64,000 nt of DNA, taken from IMG/VR virus record IMGVR_UViG_3300045988_109836; one strand, 5' to 3'. A model generated the notes under the pieces. That model worked only from the letters and a program-made list of their open reading frames with translations, was not told the origin of the DNA and did no database searches. Below, piece by piece: positions 28,526 to 36,661 of this stretch. Position 1 is the first letter of the stretch. Each line of letters starts with the position of its first letter. Source of the DNA: a virus. The translations under genes were made by a program, and so were the position numbers.

Positions 28526-29455
28526 TTAATAAATCCTCTTCCAATAATAACCTCTCGCTGTAAAAACTGGGAAATTATCACAAGCCCTTTTTATAGCGGT
28601 TCCGTTCACAAGATTTACGCTTCTTGCTGCATTACTAAAAGAATCATGAGTATTTATAAGATTCATATCTTTATCATATTGTTCTATTCTCATATTGCCT
28701 TTTCTTGGATATTTTACTTCATACGACCTTTTAGAAGAAGCAATTTCGATATTTTCTCTTTCTTCATTTGTTTCTTTATATTTCCATTTAAACCCTTTAC
28801 AAGTACGATTCGGATTGTTACAAGCTGTTCTAATTCCCGAAGCTCCATAACATAACCCGTAAAATTTACCAGCTTCACATACACTTTCCCATTCTCTTAT
28901 AAAATTACCGTTCAAATCATATTGCAAAATAGGTCTTTCTCTTTTTCTTGAAATAACTCTTTTCTTTCTTTCCTCAATAGTTTTCTTTTTACGATTATTA
29001 TTAATTTTACCTAATTTGGTTTTTCTTATTTTCTCTATTGATTCTTTTGAAATAACCTTTCCCTTATGAGCAAGTCCAATCTTTCTTTTTGCTTCTTCTG
29101 AATGTCTATAAAACCTTTTCTTATAAACTTCTTCTCCTAAAAATCCTCCTCCACAACACAAAGTTCTATTATATCCTACTTCCGGATTTATAGAATCAAA
29201 CTTTTCTATATAACTTCTTTCAAGATTATTAAATTCTTCTTTAGAATCTCCTTCATAAAATTCTAAAATATCTATTTTAAAGTTATGCTTGCCGTACTTT
29301 TTAAATGCTTGTTCTATAACAATACCACTGCCTTTATATCCATCATTCAGTCTATCAGTAATATGTTGCCCGATATAAATTTTACCGTTTATATTATTAG
29401 TTGTTTTATAGATAAACTTATATTTACGGTTTGTCATTTTGTTAGCTGTTCTCAT
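28526..29455 (-). CDS. Free-standing GIY-YIG homing endonuclease (I-TevI-like, with NUMOD3 and IENR1/NUMOD1-type DNA-binding repeats)
   Basis: KFIYKTTNNINGKIYIGQH is the GIY-N10-YIG motif, with downstream R, E (NLERSYIEKF) and N (GYN) residues. HSEEAKRKIGLAHKGKVISKESIEKIRKTKLGK forms NUMOD3-like repeats. There are two ILQYD/IEQYD...GF/YYWK repeats. The gene sits 4 nt downstream of terL. Confidence 0.85.
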   Translation of the reverse strand: MRTANKMTNRKYKFIYKTTNNINGKIYIGQHITDRLNDGYKGSGIVIEQAFKKYGKHNFKIDILEFYEGDSKEEFNNLERSYIEKFDSINPEVGYNRTLCCGGGFLGEEVYKKRFYRHSEEAKRKIGLAHKGKVISKESIEKIRKTKLGKINNNRKKKTIEERKKRVISRKRERPILQYDLNGNFIREWESVCEAGKFYGLCYGASGIRTACNNPNRTCKGFKWKYKETNEERENIEIASSKRSYEVKYPRKGNMRIEQYDKDMNLINTHDSFSNAARSVNLVNGTAIKRACDNFPVFTARGYYWKRIY

Positions 29456-29459
29456 AATA

Positions 29460-31574
29460 TTATATCAAATCTACACTTATTTTTACTTCTTTATCATCTT
29501 CGCGTAAGCTATTTATGGAGAGGAACGAACTGAGTGCTATGTCGTCGTGACCGCTTGCTGCCTCCAATTTCCCGTTATCACTTCTAAACGTAATAGAGGA
29601 AAACTCACCGAACATCAAATCGACTGCCTGCCTTGTTTCTCCAATCGCATAGGGGCATTTTATCTGTCCTCTTTCAAACATTGCGGATAAAGAAGGCAAT
29701 CCGGTATATAAATCCTTCTTGTTTCCTTCCGTTGTGGTAAACGGTTCTATATTCTTAAGTCCTCTTTCCTTTGCAAGACCGGACAATATGGACTGGAAAC
29801 CGTTTGCTTCACACCGTATCTTATTAGGGTGGAAAAGTCTGTCAAGCTGTACAATCTTATCTACCTGTTCGTTGTGCGACATACCGCGCTTCCGGTAATA
29901 ATACAACAAGTAGTAATTATCCATCGCATCTTTGCCCCATACCGAATACACCGTATAGTCCGCTCCGATATTACCGGAAACCGCAAAGTCCACACCTATA
30001 TGCACCCTTGTAAGCTTGAAAGGGAAATCGTCTATACTTGACGCAAAACGTATCGTTTCCATTCCTATAACACTGCGCATCAGATATTCATAAGGAAATA
30101 TCGTTGACGTGTCACTGATAGGAACCACCAGGTATTCACGGTTGAACACAATCGTTCCGAGTTCTTCCTTTTTCGCCAATATCTGTTCAAACGTGTATCT
30201 GTCCGGCGCTAACGGTCTACCATCCGGGAACAATATCGGATATTCAAAACAATAGAAACGCTTGTCTGCCTTCAATATCTGGTACAATTCATTCGGTGCA
30301 GAAGAATAGGGTGTACCGGTTACAAGGAAATAACCGTATGGTTCCACAATCGGCTCTATCGTACCCTTCAAAAGTTCTTTCAGCTTCTCCCTTTGTTCGT
30401 CCGAATATAGAGAGCTTTCGTCCGGCATATCGTCACACAAACAAGCCCCCACGTGCAGACCTCGAATCATTGAATCCTTACCTCGCACATGCAACGTACT
30501 TCCGGTTTCCGTCTTTATGGCTGTTTCTCCAATTGAAGCCTTGTTATAGGGATTAAGCTTTTCTTTTATCAAATCGTTCGCCTCTATCTCTTCCGTTACC
30601 TTTGCTATCTGTACCTTTGCCAATGTAAAAGTGTTGGTAATATAGCACGTCTCTTTCCTGTTGGCATTGTCTACCGTGTCCTGTCTGTAGGCGGTCGGTC
30701 TTGTGTAGGACCATAAACGCCACAATATGAAGGCATAAGACCATTGATAACTGTTATGTACAACCGTTCCATCCTCCAATAAAAACTTATGGTCTCCATC
30801 GCACGCAAAACCGTAATATTCACCCTCTCCAATAGGTTCAATTTTCAACGAAGAATAATCAAATTCCGGTACCTCTTCCCCTATATTCTTGACTTTATAT
30901 CCAAGAAACAATTTTCTTATATCTTTCTGTTGTCTACATACAGCGTCTACCTCTACGTCTATAAAATAACCATTGTAATAACAGCAAAGCAAATGCCCTT
31001 CGTTCACCTCATAAGTCATTCCTTTGGACTGGCTCACTCTATACATAGGTGCAACCCCTTTATGTAATTGCAACACTGTGCGTGGTGTTGAATCAACACC
31101 CATCACTTTATCACCAACTTCTATATCTTGAATTTTCTTCAAAGACCCATCAAACATTACAACCAATGTATCAGCACTCATACACTTGCCACTCGCCCGG
31201 GCGCATAGATAACAGCTCCACGGATATAATTGCGTCAAATTGGACCACTCTATGTTACGCCACCCTAACCGGAATTTAGGCAACATGGTTGTTATGAAGT
31301 AATTAAGGGACAATATTTTAAGCGTATTATCCATAGAGGCTTTCACGTTATCCACATAGGATAGACTTTCAGAATCCAGCGTCCGTCCCAGATACAGCGC
31401 CTTTTCCGACTGATGCACCATTTCCCTAAGCATGGTGTCAACATCGTTTCCATATCCTTCAAGCAACTGGTTAAGCGCCCCTTCCGGCAGTCTCTCTATG
31501 ATATTGTCTACTGCATTGTATAGATATGTAAGCTGGTTGTTTGTAAGTATTCCTTTTCCGTCACCCGTTAGCAT
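29460..31574 (-). CDS. terL: Terminase large subunit, interrupted by a mini-intein
   Basis: The Walker A motif CARASGK|...|S is split by the intein. The Walker B-like motif is ACLCDDMPDE. RNaseH-like nuclease motifs are HIGVDFAVS and ASGHDDIALS. The ORF is 704 aa including the 144-aa intein. Confidence 0.85.
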   Translation of the reverse strand: MLTGDGKGILTNNQLTYLYNAVDNIIERLPEGALNQLLEGYGNDVDTMLREMVHQSEKALYLGRTLDSESLSYVDNVKASMDNTLKILSLNYFITTMLPKFRLGWRNIEWSNLTQLYPWSCYLCARASGKCMSADTLVVMFDGSLKKIQDIEVGDKVMGVDSTPRTVLQLHKGVAPMYRVSQSKGMTYEVNEGHLLCCYYNGYFIDVEVDAVCRQQKDIRKLFLGYKVKNIGEEVPEFDYSSLKIEPIGEGEYYGFACDGDHKFLLEDGTVVHNSYQWSYAFILWRLWSYTRPTAYRQDTVDNANRKETCYITNTFTLAKVQIAKVTEEIEANDLIKEKLNPYNKASIGETAIKTETGSTLHVRGKDSMIRGLHVGACLCDDMPDESSLYSDEQREKLKELLKGTIEPIVEPYGYFLVTGTPYSSAPNELYQILKADKRFYCFEYPILFPDGRPLAPDRYTFEQILAKKEELGTIVFNREYLVVPISDTSTIFPYEYLMRSVIGMETIRFASSIDDFPFKLTRVHIGVDFAVSGNIGADYTVYSVWGKDAMDNYYLLYYYRKRGMSHNEQVDKIVQLDRLFHPNKIRCEANGFQSILSGLAKERGLKNIEPFTTTEGNKKDLYTGLPSLSAMFERGQIKCPYAIGETRQAVDLMFGEFSSITFRSDNGKLEAASGHDDIALSSFLSINSLREDDKEVKISVDLI
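30753..31184 (-). mobile_element. Mini-intein (Hint domain, no endonuclease domain) inserted in the TerL P-loop
   Basis: This covers aa 131-274 of the ORF. It starts with Cys (CMSADTLVVMFDG; the TGT codon at 31182-31184 was verified). It has a block-B-like VNEGH and ends YYGFACDGDHKFLLEDGTVVHN, followed by a +1 Ser. Removing it restores the ARASGKS Walker A motif. Confidence 0.85.
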
Positions 31575-32221
31575 AATTGAAAGTCCTCTCTATATCTCCT
31601 TTCTTTCTTCTCCACCGTTTCTACACCTTCACCCCTCAACTTCTTCACATAGGAGATGAACAGCATTGCATTCGCGTCCACATCGTGCTGTGCCCTGTGC
31701 GCTTCCACAAGGTCAATCCCGGCAGCCTGGCAACACGTACCCAGCTTGTAGTCCATCTGTTCCAAGGCTGCCATGTGCGCAAACTGCATCGTGTCTATGT
31801 AGTATTTTACGTAATTGTCTATATCGTCCTTCATATAGGCAAAGAAATTTCTAAGAAACGGGTTATCGAACCCCACTATATTATGTCCTACAAGGGTACA
31901 CATCTGGCGTGGATTCTTGTATTTGGCGAACCATTTCTTGCAAGTGCTGTATATCTCTTTCAATGGCACCGCATTCTCTTCTTGGACTTCTTTTGTTATG
32001 CCGTGTACTGCCGTTGCTTCCTCCGAATATCCTGCAAGTCCTTCCTTGTAGTTATACGGAAATATCATTTCCACACGGTCTATTATTTCCAACTTTTTCA
32101 TGTCTATGCACGACATAGCCATTTCTACCAAAGGGATATCCAAAAAAGCCTGCTTCTCCTTGCTTGGCAATCCCCCGGTTTCAAAGTCATAGACAATCAC
32201 GAAATTACTACTTGTTTTCAC
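31568..32221 (-). CDS. DnaQ-like DEDDh 3'-5' exonuclease
   Basis: ExoI is VYDFETGG, ExoII is VGHNIVGFDNPFL and ExoIII is HRAQHDVDANA (H-x4-D). 217 aa. The stop overlaps the terL start by 7 nt. Confidence 0.8.
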   Translation of the reverse strand: MKTSSNFVIVYDFETGGLPSKEKQAFLDIPLVEMAMSCIDMKKLEIIDRVEMIFPYNYKEGLAGYSEEATAVHGITKEVQEENAVPLKEIYSTCKKWFAKYKNPRQMCTLVGHNIVGFDNPFLRNFFAYMKDDIDNYVKYYIDTMQFAHMAALEQMDYKLGTCCQAAGIDLVEAHRAQHDVDANAMLFISYVKKLRGEGVETVEKKERRYREDFQLC

Positions 32222-32294
32222 GTTACCAAAATTTATTTTAAACTACCCCATTGTTCCGCTATCGCTTCCGCAATGCCCGGAAATGTCTTGCTTC

Positions 32295-32939
32295 TTATCT
32301 TCTGTCTTTCTCTTTAGGCAGTCCGTAGGCATCACAATACCATTTCTGCATTCTAAAACCATTCTTTCCTTCCACCACTTCACCTTTCCCGACAATCTTT
32401 GTAGGAGTGAGTTTAGGCAGATTTTTAAGCCATAAACAAGTCTTCTTGCTTGCTTCATCCCCGAACATCCAAGGTTCTATGATTTGGTCTGCCTTTCTGA
32501 ACCTTGTACTCATAATCCCTACTGGGTTCTCTATGGCAATTCTTTTTACGCCCGAATTATATAGCTCCATAAAGAAATTAACGGCTTCTTCTCGGTCTTT
32601 CTCCCTGTTTGGATATTTCGGATGTGGTCTTCTCTGTTCTATCGGCAGCCCCTTATCTTCCGGGTGATAATACCATGCAGCACCAGACACACATAGATAA
32701 GTACAAGGTGGGTGTGCAACCATCAAATCCCATTCTTCGCCTTCCGGCAAATAATACTCTTCACCGTTTTGCAGCTTTCCTCCGAAATTGGGAATAACCT
32801 GCAAAACATCCTGCTTGAAATGCCATTCGGGGTGCCCACCGCTACAGTCTACAATGTCACAACTAAAGGCGTTATGTCCTCGTTTTCTAAAAGCCTCACA
32901 AACTCTCTGACTTTCTTCACATGCTACCAATACATTCAT
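32295..32939 (-). CDS. Putative short phage-type C5-cytosine DNA methyltransferase-like protein
   Basis: 214 aa with a PC-type motif (MVAHPPCTYLCVSG) and an ENV-like motif (IAIENPVG). It resembles the compact Dcm-like proteins common in phages. No clear FxGxG motif is present, so the call is tentative. Confidence 0.5.
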   Translation of the reverse strand: MNVLVACEESQRVCEAFRKRGHNAFSCDIVDCSGGHPEWHFKQDVLQVIPNFGGKLQNGEEYYLPEGEEWDLMVAHPPCTYLCVSGAAWYYHPEDKGLPIEQRRPHPKYPNREKDREEAVNFFMELYNSGVKRIAIENPVGIMSTRFRKADQIIEPWMFGDEASKKTCLWLKNLPKLTPTKIVGKGEVVEGKNGFRMQKWYCDAYGLPKEKDRR

Positions 32940-33183
32940 TTTCTTCTTCCTCCACTACCGGGTTATTGTCATTTTCCAATACGTTGTACATCTTAATTGT
33001 ACAATGCTTTTTAGGTGTTACTACAATCTCGTTTCCTCCCAGGTATTCCGGCAAATGTCCCCTCATTATATATGCCTGCACATCATTACGGGTAAACCGT
33101 TTCCCGTTCTGCTTCCGGAAATTGTCATTCATCCAGATAAGCAATCCTTTCGCGTTTACGTCTTCTATTAAAAATTTTCCCAT
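32917..33183 (-). CDS. Hypothetical protein
   Basis: 88-aa ORF between the two methyltransferase genes. It overlaps the downstream gene by 23 nt. Confidence 0.5.
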   Translation of the reverse strand: MGKFLIEDVNAKGLLIWMNDNFRKQNGKRFTRNDVQAYIMRGHLPEYLGGNEIVVTPKKHCTIKMYNVLENDNNPVVEEEENECIGSM

Positions 33184-33188
33184 ACCAA

Positions 33189-34055
33189 CTAAAATAAATT
33201 ATTTTTACAAATCCAAAGACCTTCTTGCTTGTTACAGCCTTTGTTCTTTCCACAAAATGATACTGTCTTGTCTATATAATCCACACATTCAAAATCACCG
33301 GGCATCCAGTATTCCGATATGTAACAATTTTTCTGCTGTTTCGCCCAGTCATAAAATTCTTCATGATTGAAATTAGTAAAATACCCTTCGGTATTTATAT
33401 AGGGTGGGTCGCAATATATTACATACTTCTCTTCTTTCGGTATTTCCAACTCTCTATAGTCACCCTGGAAAACTTCGATATTACCCATTCCCTGTAAACT
33501 CTGCAAATCCCAAAGTCTTTCCAACCGTTCCATGCTTTGCAATCTCTGCAAATTATCCGGATAATTAAGCTTCACCAGAATATCCTTTATTGCACATCTT
33601 CTATCCTTGAATGTATCACACCCCTTAAACACATCTTCCGGAATAGAGATACCCATATCTTCAAACAGATTAAAATCACCAAAACAGATTGCATAGTGGA
33701 AAGCCTTCTTATATGGTTCGACCTGTTCACTATAACAATAGGTTCTCTGATTGTTACCGAAAGAAAAACATAATCTTACATACGTATCGTCTTTCTTTAA
33801 TCTGAAAAAGTCCTCCCTACTTATCCATCGGTTTTCATCCTTGAACTTCCCGTTTACTGCATCAGCGAAAAACTTTGCGCTGTCCGTTATATCGTTTATG
33901 ACAAACCTTTTGTATTTCCCCGATAAAATGGCTGCATGAGTGACTGCACATCCCCCAGCAAAAGGTTCTACCCATACATCAGCGGAAGGAAGAGCCTCAA
34001 CGACCCATTTTGCAATACGTGATTTACTCCCTTTATAGGATAATCCATAATTCAT
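33189..34055 (-). CDS. Dam-type (D12 class) N6-adenine DNA methyltransferase
   Basis: YKGSKSRIA at the N-terminus, motif I VEPFAGGCAV, motif IV YCDPPY. 288 aa. Confidence 0.85.
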   Translation of the reverse strand: MNYGLSYKGSKSRIAKWVVEALPSADVWVEPFAGGCAVTHAAILSGKYKRFVINDITDSAKFFADAVNGKFKDENRWISREDFFRLKKDDTYVRLCFSFGNNQRTYCYSEQVEPYKKAFHYAICFGDFNLFEDMGISIPEDVFKGCDTFKDRRCAIKDILVKLNYPDNLQRLQSMERLERLWDLQSLQGMGNIEVFQGDYRELEIPKEEKYVIYCDPPYINTEGYFTNFNHEEFYDWAKQQKNCYISEYWMPGDFECVDYIDKTVSFCGKNKGCNKQEGLWICKNNLF

Positions 34056-34061
34056 ACCTCA

Positions 34062-34457
34062 CTACTTTATCATCAACAACCTTTCAAAATCCTTGTCCCG
34101 TTCCTCCTCACTCTTATACACTACCCATAAATTCTTTATAGGGTTGTCCTTGAATGATGCACTTTCGTCTGCCAGCTTGTTTATCACTATAGCCGGGTTT
34201 CCGTCCGAATACCAGTCTTTTTCGTATGATATGATAAAATACTTCATAAGGGCGTGTTCCCCGTCACTGAACACAAACATTCTGCCTTTTGAACGTTCCT
34301 CGTATTCCTTCCAGGAATCAACTTCTTTCTGAAATATTTCCGCTTTCTCGCTATTAGGGTTTTCCAAATAGTCTATTATCTTTTTGGATATCCTTTTCAG
34401 TCCTATAGCGTTGAACACTTCCGCACATCCTATCAATATATCAATATCTTTTCCCAT
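34062..34457 (-). CDS. Hypothetical protein
   Basis: 131-aa ORF in the operon, overlapping its upstream neighbour by 17 nt. Confidence 0.55.
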   Translation of the reverse strand: MGKDIDILIGCAEVFNAIGLKRISKKIIDYLENPNSEKAEIFQKEVDSWKEYEERSKGRMFVFSDGEHALMKYFIISYEKDWYSDGNPAIVINKLADESASFKDNPIKNLWVVYKSEEERDKDFERLLMIK

Positions 34458-34872
34458 GCTCTTTCTCCAAAAGTTTTTCTATCCTCTCTTCCGGTATCTG
34501 GTTCTTCAAACTCTTTCTGTCTCCAAAATCATATATCTGATGGCATTCCATACATGCCAGCACTATGTTTTCCGGGTCACAGCGCAAACCTGGGTGTGCT
34601 CCTCGGCTCAATATATGGGAGAAGAAAATAGGCTTCATTTCAAGACCCAGCCACTTTCCACAATGGAAACAATAATGGGGGTTCTCCTCCCATACCTTAA
34701 CAAACACTTCGTTAAGCCTGTTTTCTTCCTCCTTCAATGAAGCGCGGTTCAACTTCAATTTCTTTCTATTGTCGTAGCATTCCTTACATAACCATCTATT
34801 GCGGTCATATATGAAATGATTCTCCTTGCAAGAAACACACGGTCTGACTTCTTCCTTCACTGTCTTTTTCAT
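34441..34872 (-). CDS. NinG/Rap-like zinc-finger nuclease-fold protein
   Basis: The N-terminus has CxxC...CxxC (CVSCKENH...CKECYDN). CFHCGKWL...FSHILSRGAHPGLRCDPENIVLACMECHQ follows the lambda NinG pattern C.sCG...GH.....p.LRf...Ni..qC..C. A TATATTTG -7 box (34877-34884) lies 4 nt from the ATG. Confidence 0.5.
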   Translation of the reverse strand: MKKTVKEEVRPCVSCKENHFIYDRNRWLCKECYDNRKKLKLNRASLKEEENRLNEVFVKVWEENPHYCFHCGKWLGLEMKPIFFSHILSRGAHPGLRCDPENIVLACMECHQIYDFGDRKSLKNQIPEERIEKLLEKEHGKRY

Positions 34873-34918
34873 GATGCAAATATAATAATATTATCTGATA
34901 ACATAAACTTTTATTATG

Positions 34919-35425
34919 TCATTTTTCACAAACCTTATAAAATATACAATCCTTACATCTATTTTTGTCAAACAACCATCCTCCGTACTGACTGCAAAGT
35001 ATGAACCCCTTCTCCTTGTTCCAATACTTTTTCCTCAACATCTCCCTGTATCTTTCAGATAAACCCTCTTCCTCTTCCTTAAACGGGCTTATCCATCCTC
35101 TTTCTCGCTGGCGTTTATTGGCTATGAATACCTGGTATTTACCCCTCTTATTCCATTTTTCTATTGCCTTTGGTCCTATCAAGTTATAGGGGTCGAACAT
35201 TATTTCTTTATATCGACTGTTCTCTATCATTGACCCTTGAAACACCATATATTCCCATAATGCCCTATTAGAGGAAATCCCGGTCTTTTCCCAGAACTTT
35301 TCCATGAGTTCTATTTTTGACCGGGTTCTCTTAAGGTTGGGGGTGTAATTGAAAAGATATTCTATAATCCTTTCAATGGCTGTTTCAATCCTCCTGTTCT
35401 CCCCACAATCTTTTTGCTGTGTCAT
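34919..35425 (-). CDS. Hypothetical protein
   Basis: 168-aa ORF with a basic middle region and a C-terminal CKDCIFYKVC. No assignable family. Confidence 0.55.
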   Translation of the reverse strand: MTQQKDCGENRRIETAIERIIEYLFNYTPNLKRTRSKIELMEKFWEKTGISSNRALWEYMVFQGSMIENSRYKEIMFDPYNLIGPKAIEKWNKRGKYQVFIANKRQRERGWISPFKEEEEGLSERYREMLRKKYWNKEKGFILCSQYGGWLFDKNRCKDCIFYKVCEK

Positions 35426-35430
35426 AACAA

Positions 35431-35589
35431 TTATGAATTACACCTGTTCGCAAACTCAATAGCCGATTTCTTATCGGGGAAATAGTTTGCCCGATTACCA
35501 GTCATTACATTTATCACTTCATAAATTTTACAACCATATTCAGCCGCTTCACGAACTATATACTTAATTCTACAATTTAAAGATTTCAT
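35431..35589 (-). CDS. Hypothetical small protein, with the start moved to an internal Met
   Basis: The track ORF is 35431..35619. The ATG at 35589 (MKSLNCRIKY...) lies 9 nt downstream of an exact copy of the 15-mer GTCAAACAAATAAAA (35599-35613), the same spacing as at other starts. Confidence 0.5.
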   Translation of the reverse strand: MKSLNCRIKYIVREAAEYGCKIYEVINVMTGNRANYFPDKKSAIEFANRCNS

Positions 35590-35615
35590 AACTCTAAATT
35601 TTATTTGTTTGACAA

Positions 35616-35885
35616 TCAAAAATTATTAGCCTTAAATTCACCTCTTAACTCTCCGTTTTTGTACATTCTTACAGAAGCAACAACTACCGTACTGGACAAA
35701 TAACGTCCGACATCATTTCTCAGTTTACGTTCCAAATCCATAGCCTTTGCCAGTGATTTAGTTCTTTTCTTCAATACCTTACTAAATCCGAAAACTATAT
35801 CTTTCGTTTCAATCTCAAAGCTATATACATTTGAAAACAACACCTTTTTCAAATCTTCCGTCATTCTTTCTACATTTGATTTCAT
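35616..35885 (-). CDS. Hypothetical protein, first gene after promoter copy C
   Basis: 89-aa ORF. The 15-mer box lies 10 nt upstream of its ATG. Confidence 0.6.
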   Translation of the reverse strand: MKSNVERMTEDLKKVLFSNVYSFEIETKDIVFGFSKVLKKRTKSLAKAMDLERKLRNDVGRYLSSTVVVASVRMYKNGELRGEFKANNF

Positions 35886-36000
35886 ATCTTTTATCTTTTA
35901 TTTGTTTGACTTTCTTTCCTTATCACATTGCAAAGATAAGATTATGTTATGACATACGCAAGTGCTTATGTCTAAATTGTGGATTTATTAACATCATTTC
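35886..36000 (-). promoter_or_regulatory. Copy C of the conserved early-type promoter/operator module
   Basis: About 50 nt are nearly identical to copy B (caaagataagattatgttatgacatacgcaagtgcttatgt). The -7 box TATCTTTG is at 35931-35938 and the 15-mer box at 35896-35910. Confidence 0.7.
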
Positions 36001-36091
36001 ACAATACCAATAATTCACTATAATAAAAATATTTTACAAATTACATAACATTTTATTATTCTATAATTAATCCAATTTGTAATTATTTATA

Positions 36092-36127
36092 ACCAAAATA
36101 AAAGGGAGTTACTAAATTGTAACTCCC
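36092..36127 (-). terminator. Intrinsic terminator after the tail tube gene
   Basis: The stem is gggagttac (36104-36112) paired with gtaactccc (36119-36127). On the minus strand it is followed by TTTTATTTTGG. Confidence 0.75.
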
Positions 36128-36153
36128 TAATTATCAATTGTTTATAATCAAAA

Positions 36154-36636
36154 TTAAAGTTCCAAAGTTGATACGGGGTAAAGATAGATTCCCGATATAG
36201 AATACCCGGCAATGCCAGCTTCTTGCAATGAAAAATTTTGATTATTTACAAAACACGGATTCAACATGCACATAGTCTGTCCGGTAGGGTCTACTGCTGT
36301 CACCATCTTTGTAGTCGAATCCTGGCTCTGAATTGTCTTGCTATAAATAGCAATGGCAAAACCAAGCTCACCCAAAATCAAAGTGTCCACGATAGACTTA
36401 ACGGAACCCAAACGGTGCATCATACCTTCCATTACTGGCTGTTTAAAGTCAATAAAGAATTGGTCTACCGTCCATGTGCACTGGTATTGCACGGCTGGCA
36501 CCTCCTGGTTAAGGAGTGAACCGAGACCCTGCACGTTTGCACGGGTAATGTTCTCTGCAAATTGCAGATTACGAACAAACCCGGCTACTTGATTATCTAT
36601 TTTAATATACGCTTTAGGCGCTGTAAAAACTGCCAT
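36154..36636 (-). CDS. Tail tube protein
   Basis: 160-aa ORF immediately downstream of the sheath gene (25-nt gap) and followed by a strong terminator. Its size and position are typical of contractile-tail tube proteins. Confidence 0.6.
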   Translation of the reverse strand: MAVFTAPKAYIKIDNQVAGFVRNLQFAENITRANVQGLGSLLNQEVPAVQYQCTWTVDQFFIDFKQPVMEGMMHRLGSVKSIVDTLILGELGFAIAIYSKTIQSQDSTTKMVTAVDPTGQTMCMLNPCFVNNQNFSLQEAGIAGYSISGIYLYPVSTLEL

Positions 36637-36661
36637 AATCTTCTAATTTTTAGGGTTTGTT

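Noticed and set aside
31577-32317. 246-aa plus-strand ORF.
   Set aside because: It is antisense to the well-supported DEDDh exonuclease gene and has no motifs.
36001-36153. Possible tRNA or small RNA genes in the AT-rich gaps (36001-36153, 45712-45862, 57215-57293).
   Set aside because: I found no cloverleaf-compatible sequence (no GTTCRANYC T-loop and no matching acceptor stems). These gaps are explained by terminators and promoter elements.
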